In this document: piece by piece, positions 12,443 through 23,847 of the stretch | Position numbering within the stretch: the first letter of the stretch is position 1 | Layout: every line of letters starts with the position of its first letter | From: Setoptus koraiensis | Lineage: Eukaryota > Animalia > Arthropoda | Length of the DNA: 64,000 nucleotides | Assembly: GCA_048013815.1 (NCBI GenBank) | Contig: CM106586.1 | Span: 22,816,001-22,880,000, forward strand | Direction: 5' to 3' | The notes under the pieces: generated by a model | The model's input: the letters and a program-made list of their open reading frames with translations, nothing else | What the model was told of the DNA's origin: nothing | The model's database searches: none | Program-made: the position numbers and the translations under genes

Positions 12443-13129
12443 TTATAGACAGCCGCAACTGGTTACAGTCATGTCTTTGTAGGCTTTTAAAGTTGGCTCT
12501 TGGTTAACATCTACATACAATAAGTGGAGAGGGGCCAATTCTGTGGGTGTGCAACAAGCGCGCGGAACCCCACCGACCCCTTTGGCACCGTATATAGATT
12601 GAATGATGGCATGATTGGTGCCATTTTGGTTGTCGTTCAACGGGAAAGAGCAATCACCCGCGCAATAATTAATTTGTAATTCTCTGGGCGCCAGCACCCA
12701 GTCGTCCCAACCAAGATTTTCCACGCTTATGGTATAGTCGTGTCGTTTGCATTTTTTTGCTTTCTTCTTATGATCTTGTTGTGTATTTCTCCTAGACCTA
12801 GTGAATGTGTCATCGTCATCTTGTGAGTTAAATAAATCTGTGCTATCGTCGTCATCGTCGTTGTTGTTGTTGTTGTTGTTGTTGTTGTCCAACAATCTGG
12901 CAACCTCGTCTAGCGAGCTCTGATACCTGGCTAACAGGGATTCTGGCACTGTGTATGGTTTCTTTTCCAGGTTTTTGGGAGCTTCTGTCAAGCCCATAGA
13001 ATTAAGTAGCGATTGTTTCAATAGTTGTATATGTTTGTCGTCTATTTGATTTGTGTTGTCGCCGTTGGCCTTTTGTATGGCGTGAATAACGCCAAATAAT
13101 AAAAGAAAAATAAAATAATAATAAGCCAT
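12443..13129 (-). CDS. Divergent BMP-type TGF-beta family ligand (dpp/BMP2-4-like), 228-aa precursor, intronless
   Basis: Signal peptide MAYYYFIFLLLFGVIHA, furin site RSRR, and a mature domain with all 7 cysteines: CKRH..LGWDDWVLAP..YCAGDCSFPL..TNHAIIQ..VPRACCTPT..MTVTSCGC. Confidence 0.93.
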   Translation of the reverse strand: MAYYYFIFLLLFGVIHAIQKANGDNTNQIDDKHIQLLKQSLLNSMGLTEAPKNLEKKPYTVPESLLARYQSSLDEVARLLDNNNNNNNNNDDDDDSTDLFNSQDDDDTFTRSRRNTQQDHKKKAKKCKRHDYTISVENLGWDDWVLAPRELQINYCAGDCSFPLNDNQNGTNHAIIQSIYGAKGVGGVPRACCTPTELAPLHLLYVDVNQEPTLKAYKDMTVTSCGCL

Positions 13130-13765
13130 TTCTCGTAGACGTCAACACATTTATTTTCTCTGATGATTTACATCAACCTACATGATGATGATTATGATTA
13201 TCATGATGATGAAAAGATACCAATGCCATGAAAGACAGATGCACTGTAGAAGCCAGCCATAGCTTTGTTAGTGCTTAACATTGGAGACAGACAGTCAGAC
13301 ACCAGTTTATATAAACGGCATTGGGCCACACATCAATAGCAGAAGAAGCAGTAGCAGTTGTTGTTGCAGGGGTAGTTGTAGTTGTTGTGGTGGTGGTGGC
13401 TGCTGCCGCTGCCGCCGCTGCTGCTGCGGTACTAGAGTTAGCCGCGCATTTCATACATGCTCCGGCATTGTTTTGTACGTGTTTGTGTTTCATCTTCTTT
13501 TTATGAGTCTATGTATAAATAAATATGCGCAACAACCTATTGAGGTGCCCAAAGTGATACTTTATTACTATTATTACTATTATCATTATTATTATTATTA
13601 GTGCTACTATTACCGGTACATCCCCCTTTATTTATATTATTTATATATTTATGAGAATACTGTTGTCGTCAACCAGTGATATAACCAATCAGTACATTTA
13701 TTATTATTGTTTTAGCCTATTAGTAAGCCTATCAGTCAGCTCATTGCCTTGTCAGCGACACCGAA

Positions 13766-14230
13766 ATGGCCAAAGTTCATGTAATCAATGTCCTGGTATT
13801 AGATAATCCTTCGCTATTTTTGAACGATTTTCAATTTGAGATCACATTCGAATGTATAGAGGACCTCAAGGAAGATCTAGAATGGAAAATAATCTATGTT
13901 GGAAGTGCCGAAAGTGAGGAATACGACCAAACGCTAGACACGGTTTATGTTGGCCCAGTACCCGAGGGCAGGCATATGTTTTTATTCAAAGCAAAAGCGC
14001 CAGATCCAGGCCGGATACCAGTTGAGGACGCTGTAGGTGTCACTGTTGTATTATTATCGTGCTCTTATAGAGGCAAGGAATTTCTCAGAGTGGGCTACTA
14101 TGTCAACAACGAGTATCTAGACCCCGAACTTAGAGAGACGGCACCATCGAAACCTATCTTTGATAAACTACAGAGAAATATTTTGGCCACTAATCCGCGC
14201 GTAACACGATTCAAGATCGATTGGGACTAA
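13766..14230 (+). CDS. asf1: Histone H3-H4 chaperone ASF1 (154 aa, core domain only)
   Basis: MAKVHVINVLVLDNPS..FEITFECIEDLKEDLEWKIIYVGSAESEEYDQ.LD..VGPVP.GRHMF..RVGYYVNNEY..PRVTRFKIDWD*. Confidence 0.97.
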   Translation: MAKVHVINVLVLDNPSLFLNDFQFEITFECIEDLKEDLEWKIIYVGSAESEEYDQTLDTVYVGPVPEGRHMFLFKAKAPDPGRIPVEDAVGVTVVLLSCSYRGKEFLRVGYYVNNEYLDPELRETAPSKPIFDKLQRNILATNPRVTRFKIDWD

Positions 14231-14437
14231 CGTACCACCCTCCCTCTTACCCCTTCGCTCGCTCTCTATCTCTCACTCCCTCTCTGGCACGTCTCCACTA
14301 CCACTCCAAAACAACCACAAGAATGATCTAAGAAGAAAACGAACAAATACACAGGTAAAACAAGACATCTCATATGATTAACTAGTTAGGAAAAACAAGT
14401 GTGATTTGTATTTTGTGTTGTCAAGTTATTATGGCAC

Positions 14438-15639
14438 TCAAATGAATTGGACATAATTCTCTGGTAGTAGACCTCTTCGTCCATTGAGGTATCCTTCCAA
14501 CCAACCTATTTCGGCTGATGGTCTCACTGTTTTTGATATATTATCAAGTAAAAGAAAGAATTAAGTTATGACAATTAGATTGTCTGGCTTCTCTATAACA
14601 CATGTTGCATAGTAAGGCGCGGGTCTTAAAATTTTTCTACACGATATTCTCAAGTTTCAAATATATCAATTATCAATTCTCTTACAACTATTTCTCACTT
14701 ACCATCTGTTATAATTTCGTTGGGACCGAAAGAAAGCTCGGATTCAGCATCTGCAATGCATGCGTAAAGAGTTATTACTCTGGTTGATGGGTATTGAATT
14801 GGTACTTTTGTGGGCTGAACTGGGTGATAGTATTGATAGGGTGCTATTTGGGGGTTGAACATGTGTTGGTCTGGCCGATAACAGATATTATAGGAGCTAC
14901 CCGTCATGTGATTCTGGTGAAGCATTACAGCCCGATCTAACACAATAGGCTGCAAAGGAGCTGAGTAAGATGATTGGTGGTGATTATCGTGGGGTGGAAA
15001 TATCTTATCATATCCTTCAATAAGGATACTAACAACAACATTAAAAAATTTTATCTCCATTATGGCTGAGACAGACTCCTGTTGGGCTCTCAATAACGTT
15101 GGACCGAAACATATGCTCAGATTTGACACCGTCATGAGGTTCTTTATAGAATGTCTTGAAACATTCCTCAAATGAGCAATAAGTATCTTAAGAATGGCAA
15201 AATTCTTCTCTGGCAGCTGATGGACTAATTTTTGTATCCTAGAAATTCTCTTATTATGATCCTGATGCTTGGCAGCCTCAACAAACGCTGAGTGCAACCT
15301 GTAGGTCATGAGTGGCTCGGGTAGATTACGTAAGTAATTTTTTAGGGCACTGGTTATGGTTTTTGTTTCCCATTCAATAGGATCACTTATATCGGGCATG
15401 TTGACTTTCCTTGTTATTGGATCTATGTTTTTGCGGTCCAAGCCAATCTGAATTAGTCTAGCTACTCGAGAATTGACACCAACGATCCTGTACAATCCTT
15501 GGTCATCTAAACCGCGCGACTCTATGATCTCTATGCATGTTTTAACGAAACAGTAACCAAGTTCATCTAGTTGGCACTCTTGTTGTGGTTGATTTGGCTT
15601 AAGATGTGGCACTACGGCTGTAGGTTTGGACTTATCCAT
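14438..15639 (-). CDS. Graf: Graf/oligophrenin-family RhoGAP-SH3 protein; exons 15639-14703 and 14526-14438
   Basis: RhoGAP motif CIEIIESRGLDDQGLYRIVG..NLMTVSNLSICFGPTL. The SH3 domain is split by a 176-nt GTAAGT..AACAG phase-1 intron: TLYACIADAESELSF..IITD|VRPSAEIGWLEGYLNGRRGLLPENYVQFI*. No BAR or PH exons were found. Confidence 0.88.
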
Positions 15640-16093
15640 TATTGCAATCTAAATAACATCATATGTTTAGTAGCAAGCTGATCTAGCCGATTGTTTACAC
15701 TAATTAGGGTACAGATAGGTTTTAATAAAGAGTAAGTAGAATGGTTTGAGATACCCGAGACAATGTATAATTTTAATACGGTAAAAATGTTGAAATACAA
15801 TATTTTCAGCCAATAGGTCAAGTGCGCGAAATTCAAACCAGATTTTTCTTTTAAATAGGCCGCTTATTCTCTAGCATTGAGCATGCGTATAAAAATAATT
15901 GTTGATTTACCAATCAATGGCATTTCTTGTTGCATTACAACATCTTTCTCTGTGGCACAGTAACTGTGTTCGTTGGTCAAATTATCGATTTGAGTGCTTT
16001 ACCAGCGTTCGTCAACAACATCACAGAGAAGAAAATATACACCGATAGATAGAAAAACATATAAATACATATCTATCTGTAAAATTAACTATC
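15640..16093. promoter_or_regulatory. Probable bidirectional promoter between Graf-like (-) and MBD2/3 (+)
   Basis: Head-to-head start codons 454 bp apart; AT-rich. No specific element was verified. Confidence 0.45.
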
Positions 16094-17014
16094 ATGGAAG
16101 GACCTGCATTACCTCAGGGATGGCGAAGAGAAGAATTTGCACGACCAGATGGATTATCCAATGGTAAATACCATGTGCATTACATCGATCAGAGTGGTCA
16201 GCGATTCAAAAATAAATCTCAGCTAGCTCGTTTCATGGGTGGTGGTGTCGACTTGACACCATTCGATTGGAGATCTGGCAAAATCAATCCACAACTACAG
16301 CGCAAAGTGGACCGGCAAGAACGCATCAGGATGTGCCCCGATGTTGCCAGACGTCTAAGGTACGATCACTCACTTGTACCACCATTGAGGCAAACAGCCT
16401 CTATTTTTAAACAGCCAGTTACTATATTTAGAACCCAACCAAATGAGTGTCCTCCTGTTGTAGCCCCCACAACAAGTGTAACAACCAGACAGGTACAAGA
16501 TAAGATTAGGCAGGCTAACAACCATGAGCAACAAAGAGCTGCACTTGCAGTTGCCGAAGCTAAACCCAACAACTACAAACCAAGACAAATATTTTGGGAA
16601 AAAAGGCTGCAAGGTCAAAGAGCCACTGTAGCTGATGAAGAGTTCATAAGATTTTACCTACCGAAAAAAATCTATTCCGTTATACCAAAACATATAACAG
16701 ATGACTCAATAGTTAGAACGATATCAACTGCTCTCTATGATAGACGACAATCGCTTTTGGTAGCCGGACAAACTGTTCCTGTCGACGAAATCCTAAAAAA
16801 TCCTGCTATTTTCATCGACCCAATGCAGCCGCCCTGTAATCAGATCACTGTTGAAGACGAAGATATCCGATTACAAGAACAGAGAATATTGAAATACAGA
16901 AAAGAGATCGAAAGGATGATCAAATTGGAAATAATTAGCAATGTTACTGAGACAAAAAAGGAACAAGAGAATGAATCTGGGAACGTTGAAAGATCGTTCA
17001 AAAAAGAAACCTAG
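16094..17014 (+). CDS. MBD2/3: Methyl-CpG-binding domain protein 2/3 (NuRD subunit), 306 aa, intronless
   Basis: MBD: PALPQGWRREE..R..GLS.GK...Y....G..F..K.QLARF....VDL..FDWRSGK. Also PLRQTASIFKQPVT, KPRQIFWEKRLQG, and the C-terminal coiled coil EDIRLQEQRI. Confidence 0.93.
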   Translation: MEGPALPQGWRREEFARPDGLSNGKYHVHYIDQSGQRFKNKSQLARFMGGGVDLTPFDWRSGKINPQLQRKVDRQERIRMCPDVARRLRYDHSLVPPLRQTASIFKQPVTIFRTQPNECPPVVAPTTSVTTRQVQDKIRQANNHEQQRAALAVAEAKPNNYKPRQIFWEKRLQGQRATVADEEFIRFYLPKKIYSVIPKHITDDSIVRTISTALYDRRQSLLVAGQTVPVDEILKNPAIFIDPMQPPCNQITVEDEDIRLQEQRILKYRKEIERMIKLEIISNVTETKKEQENESGNVERSFKKET

Positions 17015-17315
17015 CACTGATACATGTAATCTACTGCTAGTTTTTCGTGGAGAGCAATACTTATTCAACCCTACTAAATCTCATTCTTGTACCTAAATTA
17101 AACCAAGTTAAAATCAGACCTGAGTGCAAACCATGGTCTGAATATTCATTATCATCCATCAGACGATTGATCCAAAAAATGCAAACCGATAAATTATGTA
17201 AAAATTCTGCACTAACCTGTAACAGTATTGTGCTCCAAAGCTTCGATGAAACAGATATTTTTATTCAACACGGATTGTTAAAATAAATTGAATTAGATGA
17301 TTTTTAAAGACTTTA

Positions 17316-20300
17316 TTATCGTACATGCTTCTTAGAACGCTTTCCGAGCTCTTGATTATAATAAACTCTGCAGATCGCATCGAGAACAAACTGGAATTGA
17401 CTTGTTGTCTGAATAAGCATTGCGCGCTGATTTCTCATATCATCCAATATGAGCAGTGGGTAAATTGGCTGTCCCGATTCCATAAGGCATATAGCAGTCT
17501 CCATAAGAATCAAAACTCCTGTCCTTCCTATGCCAGCAGAGCAATGAACTACAACGGGTTCTTCTGGATGGGTTTGCCTGTGTTTCCTTACACGAAAGAT
17601 GAGTTTCTTTAGGTTGGGAGTGATAGGAGTACAGTTATTAAATACATTATTAGAAATCCGAAATTATCATTATTAAGTAGGTCTTATTGGTATGATCTAG
17701 AATAGGTTAACTTACAAGAAAGTCACTGCAATCCTCGGGCACTTCATGATCCGGCCATGATTTGTATTGAACTTGAGTTACGATTCGTTTATTACCACTC
17801 TAGATAAGTAAAACATATCATGTTTGCAAACAGTTGGAAAAACGAGGATTGGAGTCACCAATAAGTTGTGTGTAAAGAGATAGAATGGGCCGATTCTATT
17901 TCGTCCTTAACATACCTTAATATCTGTGATTTGTATATGACGATTGATCGTCGCCTTTTTTGTCTTTTCTTGTAGGGTACTTATATTCAATTGACCATAT
18001 CTGACTTCCGATTTTTCGTCGGGCCAATACTTGGAGCATTTCACTCTACCTGCCTCCATCAGAGTTGTGACCATTATGATAAGAGAACATGATTGCTCCC
18101 AAATCATTTGCCAGAAATCTTCACAGGTGGAATTCAAAGGACCCTGTGTGGCGATATATTTATTTAAATTTCGCTTGTTAGGTATGGCCATATTAACAAA
18201 GCTAGCATTTATGTAATCACCGGTCATGGAATCTGATAAAATCACTCTTGTAGAGTCATAGCTATGATGAATGAAAATGAAAAATATCAATCGTTCGGTT
18301 AATATCCGAGTGCCAACCAAATTTGAGCATTTAGATATTCTACATGCATCGATCCACAGGTGGATATACTCAGTCAAATGAATATACTTACGGAAGTATG
18401 TCTCGATAGCGATTTTTGTTTATGTTCTCTTGCATTTTCGAATCCTCGAAGGTTTCTGCTTCTTTTTTTCTTGGTAGTGCCTGATAAAAGGAAAAGAACA
18501 TCTCCATTATATTAGAGCTCAGCGCCAACATAATGTTTGTGTGCAAGAGCATAATCTATGTAGATCGATGCTTACCTTGAACTCTTCGAGGATATCTCCA
18601 GATTCCAAGCTTCTCTTGAGCGTTTCTATTGACGATTCCAAAGAATTGGAATCGATCGATGAGGAGGATACAGGACTAGGGTTAGAGTATCTTTTGGATG
18701 GCGATGAAGTTACACTTGAAGATTCTGATGAAATAGTCGCCGATTGAATTTCTAGAGTGAGCTCTGAAGATTTACTTGTCTGGATAGACTGTATCAAGGC
18801 CACTACTTCAGAATGAGTCATACTATCAACCATCTGTCCATTGATTCTCAGAACTTTATCACCTTTTTCCAACTTTGGCTGGCACTTCTCCGCCGGAGAA
18901 TTCGGTGTAATCTTTGATATGATATGACGATAACCTAAGCAACGATCTTTCCTGTCCCCTCCATCAACTTTAAATCCATATTTTCCGTCTTTTCCCACAA
19001 ACATCTTGACTGTCTTTACGTTGCAGTATCCGTAGCTAGTAATTTCCAGGCTCATCGGAGATGTATTTCTACTCTCAACCTCAGGTACGTTTTTGTATCT
19101 GGCAGTTTTACTAGAACCATTGTAGAATCTTTCCCTGATGGTTTCCGATATCCTGACCAAATGCTTTGTGGAAGCGTTCGTCTTTTTAGCCAAGGCTTTA
19201 GCGAAACTGTCAGATTTTGTTGTAGCAGTTTTTGATTTGGCATCCGGAAAGTCAAGAGAGAGTCCGCCAGGAAGTTTAGACTTCTGACTGAGAGAACAAT
19301 TACCATTGGTGTAAATGCTATTGTCAGTAGTAGTGAGCTTAGAAGATTCCGATGCATTTTTCTTGACTGAACTCATTGCTTCAGACTTTTTCTCGTCAAT
19401 ATAAGAGAACGATCGTAAAGTTATCGAATTTGGACGATAAGCAGCGACAGGCTGGCAACTTGTCATGGTGTAATCATCATTTTTTGTTTCATTCATGCGA
19501 TAACCATCTATAGTATCATGCAGTTCGTACGGTTTTTCCTGATTAAATGTTCGACCACAACAATCTATTGATGATTGCTCTTCTCTGAATAATCTGCCGA
19601 CTGGAACAGTTTGCCTTGCGTATTTACTCGGAGTCCTGGAGAAATGAGTAGATGATCTTTTCTTGCTTTCCTCTAAAGTTTGATATTCGGTTTTTCCGTT
19701 GTACTGGAATTTCGAACCAAAGTTTAGAAATGAGAAGAACTTTTTCGGGGGAGTTCTTGGCGACTGTAACCTAAAGAACGAATGGTGCGCTGCACAGCTC
19801 AACCAGAATGATTTACACTGCTGATTTGTAAGTAAATTAAAACACACTACATTATCACATGTTTCGCCCTCTTTTCGTCGCAGTTGAATCGAAAATAGTT
19901 TCCTTTTAAACATAATCTTGATGATATTCGCCCATGAGAATGTACTGTTTTGAAGTCCATTCCTGAATATAACAATTCCATTAGATGAGACTCCAACCTG
20001 GAGGTCTACTTTTGCCTCATCTTTGGCGTTGTAAAACTCGATACCGTAGCATTCAATTTTTCTAGCTATGTCAAGAAAGTTATATTCTGCATCGGCTTGA
20101 GTTTGTCCTGCATGTTTTTTGTACAATTCCATAATTTCCCTAGTCATGCTCTCGTTTTGATCCGGAATCAACTTTGAATCATACTCGTTCTTGGGCTTAT
20201 CCGGATTGTAGTCACCAAGTTCAGATTGTAAGGCATAGCTCCCAAGTCTGATGGCGTTTAACTCGGATACTATCAATCGCTTGGCCCATATATCACGTCT

Positions 20301-20948
20301 CAATTGCAAAAAGAAGAGATACCTAGTGTAATCATCACGCAATTTGCTTGGATCAGATACGTAAAATTTGACTCGAAATTTGAAAGTGTGCGGTGGGGTT
20401 GACTTAATTTGTTTACATATGGTTTGTCGGGGATCTAACCAATGCTCAATTTGTTCATTATATTGACAGGTAGAGTAGTCCAAACTTCCATTGTTGTTAG
20501 TGGTTGCTGAAGATAGGCTAGCGCTGGACGATGGACTATTAGAGCTGAATGTTGTTTTGAAAAAACTGACTGCGGAGTTGGTTTGTATTTGAGACTCACT
20601 TGGTACGTATTTAAGGCTAAAAAAATCTTTTTCTTTTAGGTCGAGTAGGTGCTCGGAGACCATATCAAGTAAAACTTGCCCTTTGGCCCTTTTGTCAACT
20701 TTGAAGTCATGATGAGTATCATCAAGGAAACTGACTAGACAAGAAATGGTTTTTACAGGTTTACCGAAATTGCGTTCGTTCGGCCTCACGTTAGGTTCGT
20801 TTGCCCTCACATTATATGTTCCGCAAGGCCCACGAAACGCTCTGATATCCATCTCAGAATGCTGAGCATTGAGACGCCTAGAAACTATTTTGATATACTG
20901 GCTGCAAACACGAAGTAGCTTCGCGCTTTTGATCTCGTGATTTTCCAA
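17316..20948 (-). CDS. Ptpmeg: FERM-PDZ-PTP tyrosine phosphatase (PTPN3/PTPN4, Ptpmeg); exons 20948-18576, 18480-18392, 18261-17916, 17799-17716, 17606-17316
   Basis: N-terminal GTYNVRA motif, FERM domain ([20 protein letters not shown]), PDZ domain (GKYGFKV), and PTP motifs KNRYRDILP|[31 protein letters not shown]. Four phase-consistent GT-AG introns of 95, 130, 116 and 109 nt. Confidence 0.95.
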
Positions 20949-22560
20949 TAGACTTTGATTCCGTTATTTTCTTTATCAATCAACTTGATCTTTAGATCTA
21001 ATATGTATTAGTATAATCTTTTAGAATTGGAAATAGTGTCTATCTATAGGCGAGTAGTCATCCCATATAATTGTATGAATGTCACCGTGAGTTGTTGCGA
21101 TATTATTAATATAAATAATTTTTTATCTAGAGCTATGGGACTTATCTAGAAGTTCCTAGGCCGAAGTATTTCTGTCTTTTTGGATGGATAGTTTGGCAGG
21201 TCTAGTTTTTGATCGTGTTATCCTAAATAAGATGTCCATAAATGTATATCTGTGTATATATTTGTGTTTATATATATTGTCATATTTACAATATGTCATT
21301 TAATAAGCTGAGGCATGAAGTGTTGTCACAGTTGTATCGGATCCGGTGGTATCGATTGCATCACAATTCCTAGTCACATTGCATTTGTCTAAATATGCAT
21401 TAGGATGCTAAAGAGATGATACAAAGTCTCTCTTGGTAGTTGTGTAATGCTATGATTCATGTCAATCTGAATTATTTTGCGGCCTCACCCATCTAATGGG
21501 TAGTAACTAAGATCATTATTTCCTATTGATAGGATATCACGAAGGTGATGATCATAATGACATAATGTTATTGTCATATAATCAACATATGATTTAAGTA
21601 GCGTTAAGTGTATGTTTGTTTGAGCTAATTTGTGTAATAATAATAATAATAACAATGATCTAAAATGATTTCTGGCCTTCAGCTGGAGGACACTAATTAT
21701 CCAAATATCATCTGATTGGATCATCAGATTATATTGTAAAATCACATGTGATCAGACAACAGATTGATTCTATTCGATGGCGTTAGCGTAATTAATACGA
21801 TCTAATATAAGACGATGGTCACGCAGTTGTTTTTGCATTGGGTGAGGCCTAGTGCATCTAACAGAATTTACCCTGTGGATGAGTGAGAGAGAGAAAAAAA
21901 AATTAGTCTCTATGTACAAGAACAACGTGAGTGAAATCTGTGCCCAAAGATGCACATTCGCTCGCTGTGCCTGTGATGTTCGGTCAGAAAGAATAGTTTC
22001 ACAAGAGAATTAGACTGCACAGAATGGCAAAGTTTGGGAATGTTTGTGTGCGTGTGTGTGTTTGCGACTCAGGACAAGTTATGCAGACAAAAGATTTTCT
22101 ACGGAACATTTCGTAGCGAGAGAACGAACCGAACAGCCGAAGGACAGAACTAACGTTAACATTTTGACACACATAGTACAGTGTATGGTGCTAACAGTAA
22201 TATGGAACAGACTAGTTGTATTTTTTGTCGAACGATGGCACCAGCGGTGTTCTTTTTTTTTTGCCTTCTTGTGGTCAGAGAAGATCCCGAATGGCACATT
22301 CATCAATGAACCGTTGAAAAACTTGTTTGAAATTCGCGCCCGGCCGGCACCAATGAACACATGGATTATTTATTTATCCACTATAGTTTATCATCGCACC
22401 ATCATCCTGACAGTAAAATTATACATATTGTTGAGATCCATTATGTATTGAAACTAGTAATCGGTGGCTCTTCTGTCTACGAACTTACGCATTAGTGTTA
22501 AGGGCATTTTACATATCAGGAATTTATTTTGGAAATATTATTAATTAATTGGTTACCAAC

Positions 22561-23409
22561 ATGTCCAATATAGACGTTAGAGTACACCCTGTGGTGTTAT
22601 TCAATATCATTGATTCCTATGAACGTCGATCCAAGACAACAGGACGCGTCTTCGGAACACTGTTAGGAATGCACGATAAAAATGGCAATGTGGAAGTATC
22701 TAATTGTTTTGTTGTCCTATACAAAGAAAAAGAAGGCACACTGTTCATAGATTTAAATTTAGCAAGAGAATATGGCGAACTACACAAAAAAGTGAACCCA
22801 AACGAAGTGATTGTCGGCTGGTTTGCCGTGGGCCCATCCATTTACGACGACTATCCTTTTCTACTTCACGAATATTACTCTCGTGAAGCGGTAAACCCCA
22901 TTCATTTAGCTGTTGATCCAACAGCTGATAAAGGTATCGACATTAAGGCCTATGTTTCCACCACCTTTGGAGTGCCAAATGGGGACGAACGGTCTAAAGG
23001 TACCATGTTCTCGCGGGTGTCGTCGTTGTCATTGGTGGCCGGCTATGACACTGAAATGGTGGCCTTGAAGGCGTGCGTCAACAACTTGACTGATTACGAT
23101 ATTAAGCCCATAGACAGTGAATTTGACACAATATTAAAAGCATGCGAAGACGTAGTTGGATTGCTGGACACAATTCTTAGATTTATAGACGAGAAGATTC
23201 TTGGACAAGCGTCTGCTGCATCTTGGCCGGCGAACAGCAATGATATTGGTAGACAATTGATGTCCATGGTAGAGAACATTATTCCATTTGACAGCAAGAA
23301 TATAGAGGCCATGAACTCTGTGCTCAAGGATCTACTCATGGTTATTTATTTATCAAATTTGAGTAAGACCCAATTGATGTTAAACGAAAAGCTAGTTTTG
23401 CAGAGTTAG
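22561..23409 (+). CDS. eIF3f: Eukaryotic translation initiation factor 3 subunit F (MPN domain), intronless
   Basis: VRVHPVVLFNIIDSYERR..RVFGTLLG..VEVSNCF..VNPNEVIVGWF..LMVIYLSNLSKTQL.LNEKL; first ATG at 22561. Confidence 0.92.
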   Translation: MSNIDVRVHPVVLFNIIDSYERRSKTTGRVFGTLLGMHDKNGNVEVSNCFVVLYKEKEGTLFIDLNLAREYGELHKKVNPNEVIVGWFAVGPSIYDDYPFLLHEYYSREAVNPIHLAVDPTADKGIDIKAYVSTTFGVPNGDERSKGTMFSRVSSLSLVAGYDTEMVALKACVNNLTDYDIKPIDSEFDTILKACEDVVGLLDTILRFIDEKILGQASAASWPANSNDIGRQLMSMVENIIPFDSKNIEAMNSVLKDLLMVIYLSNLSKTQLMLNEKLVLQS

Positions 23410-23813
23410 AGAGATATTTCGCTAGGAGACTTATCATATAAGCAAACCAAAAAATAAAGAATCTTCTTACTTCTATTGTCGAATAAAGACCACAACAACA
23501 ATATTTCATTGAAGAGTGCTATAGACAAGATGGGGCTCTAGGTATACCTGGACCCATTAAGAGAGCATGCGAAGGAGAGAGGTGAACATGGTCCCAGAGA
23601 AGAGATATAACGAAAACAGGAGTGAGATCGACGAGTCTGGCCACGCGCACGTGCGAAGCACGTACTTCTTTTTAGGCTTGCCATATGTGCTAACAATCTG
23701 TATACAACTCTCCCTTTTGAACTATACTGTGCCGCTTGTGATGGGGCCTGGTTTTTGCCGACCACTTGCTTCATGGCAGCGGCGATAGTGTTCGCATTGC
23801 CCTAGGCAATTGG

Positions 23814-23847
<34 letters not shown>

